A DNA stretch of 64,000 bases from an uncultured Acidobacteriota bacterium (lineage in GTDB: Bacteria; Acidobacteriota; Vicinamibacteria; Vicinamibacterales; CAVVIG01): assembly GCA_963807925.1 (NCBI GenBank), contig CAWEDP010000002.1, forward strand, positions 1,164,034-1,228,033, in the 5' to 3' direction. This document shows, one piece after another, positions 9,725 through 17,738 of this stretch. The stretch's first letter is position 1. Every line of letters starts with the position of its first letter. Below the pieces are notes generated by a model, which was given only the letters and a program-made list of their open reading frames with translations, was not told the origin of the DNA and did not search any database. Both the position numbers and the translations under genes were made by a program.

Positions 9725-10716
9725 GGGATCAGCACGGAGCTGCCCGTCGTCCTCCGCTCCTGGAGATCGCGATGAGCGCGCGCGGCGTCAGCGAGCGCGT
9801 AGCGCTGCTGAATCGCCACTCGCACGGCGCCGCTCTTCACGACGTCGAACAGCTCGCCGGCGCGCTGCAGCAGCTCGGATCGGTCGGCCGTGTAGTCGGC
9901 GAACCCGGCGCCGGTGACGTAGAGGGATCCCATGCGGTTGAGGCGAAAGATGTCCAGCGGCGGCACCGGTCCCGACGAGGACCCGAACGAGACCGCCGTG
10001 CCGCGCCTGGCGAGGCACGCCAGGGAGAAATCGAACGTGCTCGCGCCGACCGAGTCGAACACGACGGGAACGCCCTTGCCCCCGGTCAGCTCGCGTACGC
10101 GGGCGACGACGTCCTCGGTCGTGGAGACGATCGGATGCTGACAGCCGTGATCGCGGGCGAGCGCCGCTTTCGCCAGCGAGCTCGTCGTTCCGATCACCGT
10201 CGCCCCGAGGTGGCGCGCCCATTGACACATCAGCAGCCCGACACCGCCGGCGACCGCATGGATCAGAATCGTCTGCCCGCGCTGAACCGGATACGCGCCA
10301 CGGATGAGATATTGCGCCGTGAGTCCCTTCAGGAAGACGGCCGCGGCGGTTTCGTCGTCCATCCACTCAGGCAGCCTGACCAGCCGCGCCGGGTCCATGA
10401 TCCGCAGGTCGCAGTACGCGCCCGGCGACAGACCGGGAGACGCGCCGCCGTACGCCACGCGATCGCCGACCGTCAGCTCGCGCACGTTGGCGCCGGCGCT
10501 TTCGACGACCCCGGCCGCCTCCATGCCGAGCGTGAGCGGGAAGCCGGGACCGGGATAGCGTCCGGTCCGGTGGTGGATGTCGGTGAAATTGAGGCCGATG
10601 GCCGTGTGGCGGAGGCGCACCTGGTCGGGGCTGGGCGGCCCGACCTCGATCGTGTCGAGCTGCAGCGCTTCGGGACCGCCGTTGCGGTAGATGCGAACCG
10701 CTCGGGACGTCGCCAC
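9721..10716 (-). CDS. NADPH:quinone oxidoreductase / zinc-type alcohol dehydrogenase superfamily
   Basis: MATSRAVRIYRNGGPEALQLDTIEV...GLNFTDIHHRTGRYP and AVAGGVGLL dinucleotide loop. Confidence 0.85.
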   Translation of the reverse strand: MATSRAVRIYRNGGPEALQLDTIEVGPPSPDQVRLRHTAIGLNFTDIHHRTGRYPGPGFPLTLGMEAAGVVESAGANVRELTVGDRVAYGGASPGLSPGAYCDLRIMDPARLVRLPEWMDDETAAAVFLKGLTAQYLIRGAYPVQRGQTILIHAVAGGVGLLMCQWARHLGATVIGTTSSLAKAALARDHGCQHPIVSTTEDVVARVRELTGGKGVPVVFDSVGASTFDFSLACLARRGTAVSFGSSSGPVPPLDIFRLNRMGSLYVTGAGFADYTADRSELLQRAGELFDVVKSGAVRVAIQQRYALADAARAHRDLQERRTTGSSVLIP

Positions 10717-10725
10717 GCGCGCCCC

Positions 10726-12048
10726 TCAGTCGACCGATCCGGCCATCGCGCGGGGCCGCGACACGGCCGACCCTTCGAGGCGCGGCCGGCCGTCCAGGGA
10801 CTCACCCTGCGGCATGGCCGGATCGAGGCGCGTGGTCAGGACCAACCCGACCGCGGAGGCGGCGGCGCAGATGGCGAACGCCGTCTGATAGCTGTGCGTC
10901 ACGTCGAACACGTAGCCGGCCACGATCGGGCCGAGCGCGCAGCCCAGCGTCCACCCGTTGAACGACACCCCGAAGATCAGCCCGTGCTGCCGCATGCCGA
11001 ACAGCCAGGCGACGAGCGGCGAGTGCGCGGTCGCCAGCCCGCCATAGGCCAGTCCGAACGCCCCCGCGAACAGGTACAGCGCCCAGGCCTCCTTCGCGGG
11101 CAACAACCACAACAGCGACGCCGCCATGAGCACGAAGCTGATGACGTACACGCGCTTGTTGCCGATGCGGTCGGCCAGGCCGCCCAGCAGGATCTTGCCG
11201 ACGACGCTGGCACCGCCGATGCTGGCGAGGATGGCCGCGGCGCTCGCGGTGGAAATTCCCAGGTCGGTCGCGTGCGGCGCCAGGTGCAGCATGATCGCCT
11301 GGAGTCCGAAGCCGTAGCAGAAGAACGTGACGAAGATCAGCCGGAACTGGCGCGACGCGATGGCTTCGCGGAGCGACAGCCCGCTCGCCACCGTCCTCAC
11401 CGCGTGGTGCTTGCGTCCCGCGCTGGCGTACGGCGTGCCGCCAACCTGTGCGGGGTCTCGTTTGAGCAGTTGTGCCGCGAGGACGACGCCGAACAGCACG
11501 ACGGTGCCCAGAATCGTGTAGGAGCGGCGCCAGTCGTACACGCCGATCAGCCAGTTCGAGATCGGCGGTCCCAGGAGCGCGCCGACGCCGACGCCGGCCG
11601 TGACAATCCCGGTCATGATGCCCCGGCGCGCCACGAACCATTTCGCCGTGGTCGAGGTGAGCGGGACGAAGGTGCCGCCCAGTCCGGCGCCCACGATGAC
11701 GCCGTAGAACAGGTAGAGCTCCCACACGGCGCTGATCCGCGACATCAGCATGAAGCCGACGCCGATCAGCGTCCCGCACACGGTCAGGACCATGCGCGGA
11801 CCGAAGCGGTCGTTCAATCCCCCCATGAGGATGGACACGACGCCCTGCGTCACCCAGACAAGAGAGAAGGCGCCGGCGGTGGTCGCCCTGGTCCAGCCGA
11901 AGTCGGTCAGCACCGGCTTGAAGAACACGCCAAAGGCGTAGTGCACCGCGAAGATCAGCACCATGATGAACGAGGCCGCTGCCACGATCGTGTAGCCGTA
12001 GAACGGCGTCTGAGCGCTGCTCGTGGAATCGATCCCGCTGCTCGACAT
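10726..12048 (-). CDS. MFS transporter (oxalate/formate-antiporter-like subfamily)
   Basis: 12 predicted hydrophobic segments. GGLNDRFGPR and GGLADRIGNKR loop motifs. Start taken at ATG 12048 (MSSSGIDS...) with a GAGG SD, not the ORF start at 12144. Confidence 0.8.
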   Translation of the reverse strand: MSSSGIDSTSSAQTPFYGYTIVAAASFIMVLIFAVHYAFGVFFKPVLTDFGWTRATTAGAFSLVWVTQGVVSILMGGLNDRFGPRMVLTVCGTLIGVGFMLMSRISAVWELYLFYGVIVGAGLGGTFVPLTSTTAKWFVARRGIMTGIVTAGVGVGALLGPPISNWLIGVYDWRRSYTILGTVVLFGVVLAAQLLKRDPAQVGGTPYASAGRKHHAVRTVASGLSLREAIASRQFRLIFVTFFCYGFGLQAIMLHLAPHATDLGISTASAAAILASIGGASVVGKILLGGLADRIGNKRVYVISFVLMAASLLWLLPAKEAWALYLFAGAFGLAYGGLATAHSPLVAWLFGMRQHGLIFGVSFNGWTLGCALGPIVAGYVFDVTHSYQTAFAICAAASAVGLVLTTRLDPAMPQGESLDGRPRLEGSAVSRPRAMAGSVD

Positions 12049-12090
12049 GTGCAGAACCTCGCATGTGCCTGGCCGAACCGGGCCGCGACG

Positions 12091-12134
12091 AGTGTGACAT
12101 TTCAGGTGACGGCCGGTTGTCGCAGTTTGTCGCA
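12091..12134 (-). promoter_or_regulatory. Site S4: TGCGACA-AAC-TGCGACA (12134->12118), 21 nt, CACACT (12096->12091)
   Basis: Read directly. 42 nt upstream of ATG 12048. An extra inverted half-site GCGACA lies at 12138-12143. Confidence 0.55.
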
Positions 12135-12178
12135 ACCGCGACACCGCCTGCGCCGCGCCGCGGCCATGTCGGCCGGCG

Positions 12179-12886
12179 TCATCTCGGGCGCGCGGGCAGC
12201 AGGGGCGGCGTTCCGCCCGGCGTCAGCAGGTAACCGTCGCCGTACACCGTGTGGATGAACCGCGGGTGGCGGGCGTCCGCCTCGATCTTCTTTCGAAGAC
12301 GCGCGATCGCATGGTCCACCGACCGGGTCGCCGGCACGTCGGGGTATCCCCACACTTCGCGCAGCAGTTCGTTGCGCGACACGAACCGATTCTCCCGCTC
12401 GGCGAGAAACTGGAGCAGCACGTACTCCCGGTGCGTGAGGTGGAGCGTCCGCGATCCCCTCACCGCGTGCTGCGCGCCGAAATCGATGGTGACACGGCCG
12501 AGCACCAGCCGTTCCACCATCGGACGCGAACGGCGGAGCACGGCGCGCACGCGCGCAAGGAATTCTTCCAGGTCGAACGGCTTGGTGATGTAGTCGTCGG
12601 CGCCGAGATCGAGCCCCCGGAGCTTGTCCGCCTTCTGGCCGCGCGCCGTCAGCATCACGATCGGCGTCCGCCCGCCCTGCCGCAGGAGGCCGCACAACTC
12701 GAAGCCGTCCACGTCGGGCAGCATGATGTCGAGGACGACCAGATCCGGGCCCGAGCGCTTCACCTCGCTGAGGGCCGACGCGCCGTCGGCGACCGTCGTG
12801 ACGTCGAACCCCTCGAACTGGAGGTTGTCGCGCAGCACTTTCGCGAGCGCCGGGTCGTCTTCGATGATGAGAATCCGCTTCGTCAT
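12179..12886 (-). CDS. OmpR/PhoB-family response regulator (receiver + winged-helix)
   Basis: KRILIIEDD...DLVVLDIMLPDVDG receiver. C-terminal LTHREYVLLQFL...IHTVYGDGYLL winged helix. An alternative GTG at 12952 would add a His-rich tail, MQGHHHDHDRDRPGHSGSGARE. Confidence 0.9.
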   Translation of the reverse strand: MTKRILIIEDDPALAKVLRDNLQFEGFDVTTVADGASALSEVKRSGPDLVVLDIMLPDVDGFELCGLLRQGGRTPIVMLTARGQKADKLRGLDLGADDYITKPFDLEEFLARVRAVLRRSRPMVERLVLGRVTIDFGAQHAVRGSRTLHLTHREYVLLQFLAERENRFVSRNELLREVWGYPDVPATRSVDHAIARLRKKIEADARHPRFIHTVYGDGYLLTPGGTPPLLPARPR

Positions 12887-12957
12887 CTCTCGTGCACCGC
12901 TCCCGGAGTGACCCGGGCGGTCTCGGTCGTGGTCGTGATGGTGGCCCTGCACGGCGC

Positions 12958-14628
12958 TCAGGCGCGCTCGTCGCTGGGCAGCGTCACGCTCACCGTGGTG
13001 CCCGCGCCGGCCCGGCTGGAAATCTTCAGGCGCCCGCGATGATCCTCGACGATGCGCTTCACGATCGCGAGGCCGAGGCCGCTCCCATTGGCGCCGACGT
13101 CGCGCCCGCGGAAGAACTTGCGCGTCACCTGATCGACTTCGTCCTGCGGGATGCCCCGGCCGCGGTCGGCGACCCTCAACACGACCCCGCCGTCGCCCCG
13201 GCAGGCGCTGATGTGGAGCGACCGTTCGCCTGGCGAATACCGGATGGCATTGTCCACCAGGTTGTCCAGCATCAGCCCGACCGCGATGCGATCGCCCAGG
13301 ACCGGCGGGAGGTCGGCCGGAATGTCGACGCGCGTTTCAAAGCCGGCCGCCTTCATCTGAGACTGGAAGCCCGCGAGGGTCCGCTCGACGACCCCCTCGA
13401 GCGCCAGCGGCTCGAACCAGTACACCTCCGCCACATCGGTGATCCGCGACAGCGCCAGCAGGTTGTCGATGAGGCGCGTCAGCCGTTTGGCCTCCTGCAC
13501 GACGAGCTCCGCGTACTCGCGCTGCCCTTCCTTCGAGGCGATCCGTCCCGACACGAGCGTGTCGCCCAGCGCACGAATGGTGGCAATCGGCGTCTTGAGC
13601 TCGTGCGTCACCGTCGACACGAATTCCGAGCGGAGCTCCACCAGGCGATCGCGCGCCCCGATCGCGCGCGCGGTCATCATCACGCCCAGCGCCAGCGAGC
13701 AGACGGCGACCGCGGCAATGACCAGCGTTCGATCGGCGCCGCGGACTGCTGCGGCAAGCGCCGGATCGTCGGCACCCCCGACCTGCACCGTCCATTGCTG
13801 CCGCCCCAGGTCCTTGGGTTGCGCGACGGCCAGCAGGAGCGGATCGAAGAACGTCACCGGGAACGGCCGCGTCGCCTGCCCTTCCCACGCGCCCGGCTGT
13901 GTCGACGCCACGCGAACGCCCGTCTCGTCGACGACGGCCAGCGCGAGTCCGCTGGTCGTCCCGCCGGTGCGAGCGACCTGGCTGGTCAGCTCCTGAAAAT
14001 AGTGCTGGCGGGCCCACGCCATGTTGACCATGAAGCCGAACATCCCGTCGGGATGATCGCGGAACGCGCCGAGGTAGCGGAGGTGGACGACGATCTGGTA
14101 TTCGGCTTCGTCGGTGGAGAGTCCGAAGACGGCGAATCGCCGGCCGCCCGTCGCGTCGCGTTCGACGCGCTCGACGATCGCGGAGGCGAGGCGGGGCTCC
14201 TTGAGGACGGTGACCGGGAATTGATTCGACACCGGCGCCGACCGGGACCACGGCGGCGGGCGATCCGACCGCGTGAAGAACAGCAGCGAGTCGTCGCCGA
14301 GGGTCCCCCGCGTCGCGAAGAACGCCTCCGGGTAGGGATAGCGCGCGAACGCGCTGGCAACGACGCTGGTGAGATCGTAAGGCGCTTCCTGCGGCGAGCG
14401 ATCCCACTCCGACGAGGGGAGCACCGAGCGCTGGACGGCCTGCATGTCGCGCGTCAGCGCCATCACGAGCAGGTCGGCCGTCTGCGTGGCCCGCTGCTCG
14501 GCGAGCAGCGCCGAGCTGCGCTGCCACTGACGCGTGGCGCCGTAGCCGTACCACGTCAGCAGACAGGCCGACGCGCACAGGCCGGCCGCGAGCCACGTGA
14601 CGCCGCGCCCCCTGGTCAGCTTCGGCAC
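12958..14628 (-). CDS. Sensor histidine kinase with ~290-aa periplasmic domain (HisKA + HATPase_c)
   Basis: Two TM segments flank a large extracytoplasmic region. H-box FVSTVTHELKTPIATI. N/G boxes DNLVDNAIRY and GSGLGLAIV. GTG start lies 1 nt after the TAXI gene stop. Confidence 0.9.
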   Translation of the reverse strand: MPKLTRGRGVTWLAAGLCASACLLTWYGYGATRQWQRSSALLAEQRATQTADLLVMALTRDMQAVQRSVLPSSEWDRSPQEAPYDLTSVVASAFARYPYPEAFFATRGTLGDDSLLFFTRSDRPPPWSRSAPVSNQFPVTVLKEPRLASAIVERVERDATGGRRFAVFGLSTDEAEYQIVVHLRYLGAFRDHPDGMFGFMVNMAWARQHYFQELTSQVARTGGTTSGLALAVVDETGVRVASTQPGAWEGQATRPFPVTFFDPLLLAVAQPKDLGRQQWTVQVGGADDPALAAAVRGADRTLVIAAVAVCSLALGVMMTARAIGARDRLVELRSEFVSTVTHELKTPIATIRALGDTLVSGRIASKEGQREYAELVVQEAKRLTRLIDNLLALSRITDVAEVYWFEPLALEGVVERTLAGFQSQMKAAGFETRVDIPADLPPVLGDRIAVGLMLDNLVDNAIRYSPGERSLHISACRGDGGVVLRVADRGRGIPQDEVDQVTRKFFRGRDVGANGSGLGLAIVKRIVEDHRGRLKISSRAGAGTTVSVTLPSDERA

Positions 14629-14629
14629 G

Positions 14630-15613
14630 TCACCGTCTCAGCTCCCGCTCGCGATAATATCGCGCCGCGCCCTCGTGCAGCGGAATCGGCGCGGCCGGCG
14701 CCTGCTCGACATCCATCAGCCGCAGCGACCGCTGGGAGACCGCCAGGGTCTGAAGCGCGTCGAAGAAGAGCCTGGTCAGGTCGTACACCAGCGCCTCGTC
14801 GAGATCGCGCCGGCACACCAGGACGCTGTCGACGCCGACCGTGCGAATCGAGTCGTGCACGCCCGGGTACGAGCCCGCGGGGATGGTGGTGGCCCTGAAG
14901 AAGGGATAGGTGCGGCGGAGGCGCTCGATCGGCGGCCCGACCAGCGGGATCAATCGGCCGCCCGCGCGCGTCACGGTGCGAATCGCTTCCGCCGGGTAGA
15001 TCGCGTCGTCGAACATCGCATCGAGCGTGCCGTCGACCATGTGGCGCGCGGCGACGTCGAACGGCAGCCGCTCGGCGCGGATGTCGGATTTCGAGATCCC
15101 GAGCGCGCGCAACACGAGCTCGGCGGTCAGCGCCGTGCCGCTGCCCTCGGGGCCGATGCCGACCGAGTGTCCCCGAATCTCGCGCGCCTCGGTGATGTTG
15201 GTCCCCTGGCGCACCGCCAGGTGAACCGCCGGGAGCTGCAGGACCGCCATCGCGCGCACCCAATCGTAGGGCGGGCCGGCGGGGGTCAGGCCGCCGACAA
15301 ACGCCGTGTAGGTCACGTCGGCGAACACAAACCCGAGGTCCGCGTCGCCGCGCTGGATCGCCTCGACGTTGGCGACCGCCCCGGGGCTGGGCTCGATCGT
15401 GACCGTCACCTCGGGGAGCGCGCGCTGGTAGAACTCGGCGAGACCTTCGGCGAGCGGCCGCAGCCCTCCGCCGGGCGTGCCGGTGATGACGCGGATGACC
15501 GTCCTGGGCGGCGGCGGCGGCGCCTCGCGCCGGCCACACGAGGACGCAACGGCGGCGCCCGCCGCCACCATCAGGAGCAGGGGGGCGCCACGGCGGCGAG
15601 GACGCGGGGGCAT
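14630..15613 (-). CDS. TAXI-family (TRAP-associated) periplasmic solute-binding lipoprotein
   Basis: MPPRPRRRGAPLLLMVAAGAAVASSCG lipobox. TGTPGGGLRPLAEGLAEF...GAVANVEAIQRGDADLGFV...GIGPEGSGTALTAELVLRALGI is typical of TAXI receptors. No TRAP membrane subunit in the window. Confidence 0.75.
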   Translation of the reverse strand: MPPRPRRRGAPLLLMVAAGAAVASSCGRREAPPPPPRTVIRVITGTPGGGLRPLAEGLAEFYQRALPEVTVTIEPSPGAVANVEAIQRGDADLGFVFADVTYTAFVGGLTPAGPPYDWVRAMAVLQLPAVHLAVRQGTNITEAREIRGHSVGIGPEGSGTALTAELVLRALGISKSDIRAERLPFDVAARHMVDGTLDAMFDDAIYPAEAIRTVTRAGGRLIPLVGPPIERLRRTYPFFRATTIPAGSYPGVHDSIRTVGVDSVLVCRRDLDEALVYDLTRLFFDALQTLAVSQRSLRLMDVEQAPAAPIPLHEGAARYYRERELRR

Positions 15614-15683
15614 GGGTCGTCCGACGCGGTCAATGCCGCGACTATACGCGAACCGGCGCGGCAAACGCGAGGCACTCCGACGC

Positions 15684-15727
15684 TGAGACAAGTTGCGACA
15701 TTTCGCGGCGCGGCTCCGCCCTATACT
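15684..15727 (+). promoter_or_regulatory. Site S5: TGAGACA-AGT-TGCGACA (15684-15700), 21 nt, TATACT (15722-15727)
   Basis: Read directly. Points toward the + strand gene at 15866 (138-nt leader). Lies 37 nt upstream of a reverse-strand TATAGT (15646->15641) in front of the TAXI/HK/RR operon. Confidence 0.55.
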
Positions 15728-15865
15728 GCCGTCGCCAGTCGTGGGGCTGATGAGCTGTACGACGCGCACGATGATCGCCACCGCAGTGCTCGAGCGCTTC
15801 GCCCGGCGCCGTGGAGCGTCGCAAGAGACTGCGACTCGCGAGTGTCAGCCGACGGAGAGACCCTG

Positions 15866-17014
15866 ATGGACCGAAGAGACGGAGAAATCAGCCGGCGCAC
15901 GTTTTTCGATCGCGCGGGGAAGCTCGCGGTCGGCGGCCTGGCGGTGACGGTGCTCGACGGCGTTGCCGTCCCCAACGCGGCCGCGGCCGGGCAGCAGCCC
16001 TCGACGACGGGCGCCCGTCGCCGCCCGCAGCGGGTCGCGCTCATCGGCGCCGATCACTACCACGCGACGTCCACGCCGAACTACCTGCGCATTCTGCAGA
16101 ATCAGAAGCTCGAGATCGCGGGGGTGCACGCGCCGGAGCCGCAGATCGCGGCGAAGTGGGCGCAGCAGTACGGGAGCACGCCGTACACCGATTACCGCGC
16201 GATGATCGACAAGACCAGGCCGGAGTTCGTCGTGGCGCTCGGCCATCATGCGGCGATGCCCGCGGAGTTCCGCTACCTCGTCGACACCGGCATTCCGTTC
16301 CTGATGGAAAAGCCGTGGGGGATCGACGCGAAGACGGTCAACGAGCTGGCCGACCTGGCGGAATCGCGGAAGGCCTGGGCGGCGGTGCCGATGCCCTTCC
16401 GCTACGGCTGGTTTGCGGAAACGGCTGTCGCCATGCGCGACAAGGGCGAGCTCGGCGCAATCTCGCACGGCCTCATGCGCTTCAATCAACCCGGCATTCA
16501 ACGGTACATCGACCTCGGCAGCGCCTGGATGCTGTCGAAGAAGGAAGCCGGCGGCGGCGCGCTCATCAATCTGGGAATCCACGGCTTCGATCTCTGCCGG
16601 TACATCACCGGCGAAGAACCGAACGTGGTGTCGGCGGTGACGAGCCACAACGTGCACAAGCAGGAGATCGAGGACTACGCCTTCGTCACGCTGCGCACGC
16701 CGAGCGGCGTCATCTTCCTCAATGAGGCCAGCTACACGTTTCCGGGCGCCGGCTCCGATCAGGAGCGGAAGATCTCGGCGCAGAAGGCCTTCCTGAGGGC
16801 GACGACGACGGGCGGCGAGGGAGTCCAGATCATCGGGCCCGGGAGGAACGAAGTGAGCAAGGCGCCCGAGGGATATCTGAGCGGCTGGCCGCGAGTCGTC
16901 AACGAATGCCTCGATCGGATCGGTCGCGGCGAGCCGCCGCCGGCCACCGCGCGCGACTGCGCCCGCGCCGTCCAGTTGACGTTCGACGCCTATCGCATCG
17001 CTGGGGAAGCGTAA
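15866..17014 (+). CDS. Tat-exported Gfo/Idh/MocA-family oxidoreductase, paralog 2
   Basis: Only the last 382 codons of track ORF 14597..17014 are used. MDRRDGEISRRTFFDRAGKLAVGGLAV Tat signal. EKPWGID. GGAGAG SD. Paralog of 4576-5784. Confidence 0.8.
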   Translation: MDRRDGEISRRTFFDRAGKLAVGGLAVTVLDGVAVPNAAAAGQQPSTTGARRRPQRVALIGADHYHATSTPNYLRILQNQKLEIAGVHAPEPQIAAKWAQQYGSTPYTDYRAMIDKTRPEFVVALGHHAAMPAEFRYLVDTGIPFLMEKPWGIDAKTVNELADLAESRKAWAAVPMPFRYGWFAETAVAMRDKGELGAISHGLMRFNQPGIQRYIDLGSAWMLSKKEAGGGALINLGIHGFDLCRYITGEEPNVVSAVTSHNVHKQEIEDYAFVTLRTPSGVIFLNEASYTFPGAGSDQERKISAQKAFLRATTTGGEGVQIIGPGRNEVSKAPEGYLSGWPRVVNECLDRIGRGEPPPATARDCARAVQLTFDAYRIAGEA

Positions 17015-17028
17015 CGGCACAGAGGAGG

Positions 17029-17652
17029 ATGCTCATGCGCGCTCGGCTCACCTTCGTGCTCGTGCTCGTCGCGATCGGATCGCTGGCGGCACAACAGGCC
17101 AACGCTCCGACCGCGCGCCCGCGGGCGGCCGGCGCGGGACGCGGATCGGTGTCGCCGGGTGTCGGTGGCGCCCCGCCGGGGGTGCCGGCACCCACCGCGG
17201 CCGAAGCGGCCACGATCGCCGACGTGATGGCGTTCGAGAAGAAGTGCGACGACGCGGCGGTCACAGGCGACGTGGCGTTTCTCGATCGGGCGTTGAGCCG
17301 CGACTTCATCATGACGCACGGCGACGGCTGGACCTCCGGCGGGATGCCGATCAAGGTCGACACGAAGAAGAGCTGGCTCGAGTACGTCGGCAAGCAGCCG
17401 CTGCCCTACGTGTATCGCAACCTCGACTCGATCCAGGTCGAGCTCCACGGCGACATCGCCATCACGCTCGGCCGTTATCGCTACCTGCCGCGCGCCAACA
17501 CGCCGAATCCGTCGACCGCCGGTACGCATCTGTTCGTCTGGTTCGAGCGTGTCTATGCCAGGCGCAACGGCGAGTGGCAGTTCCTCTCGCACCGGACCAC
17601 CAACGGCCCGAACCGGGAACCCGACGAACAACGCGCCGAGAATCGCCAGTAG
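17029..17652 (+). CDS. Secreted SnoaL/NTF2-like (DUF4440-like) protein
   Basis: AGGAGG at 17022-17028. Start ATG 17029 or 17035. Signal MRARLTFVLVLVAIGSLAAQQ, Pro/Gly linker, then ...CDDAAVTGDVAFLDRALSRDFIMTHGDG...WQFLSH, an NTF2-like pattern. The family name is from memory. Confidence 0.55.
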   Translation: MLMRARLTFVLVLVAIGSLAAQQANAPTARPRAAGAGRGSVSPGVGGAPPGVPAPTAAEAATIADVMAFEKKCDDAAVTGDVAFLDRALSRDFIMTHGDGWTSGGMPIKVDTKKSWLEYVGKQPLPYVYRNLDSIQVELHGDIAITLGRYRYLPRANTPNPSTAGTHLFVWFERVYARRNGEWQFLSHRTTNGPNREPDEQRAENRQ

Positions 17653-17738
17653 CGACTCGCGAGACCGTCCCGGCGCCGGGCCGATCCGCCGTGGCAGGGG
17701 GATTCGACCTCGTGTGGCGGCCTGACTTGACGCGCGGT

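Noticed and set aside
14597-17014. 805-aa ORF reported as one protein
   Set aside because: Only the last 382 codons (from ATG 15866, with SD and Tat signal) resemble a protein family. The upstream part runs antisense through the TAXI gene and the S5 promoter region.
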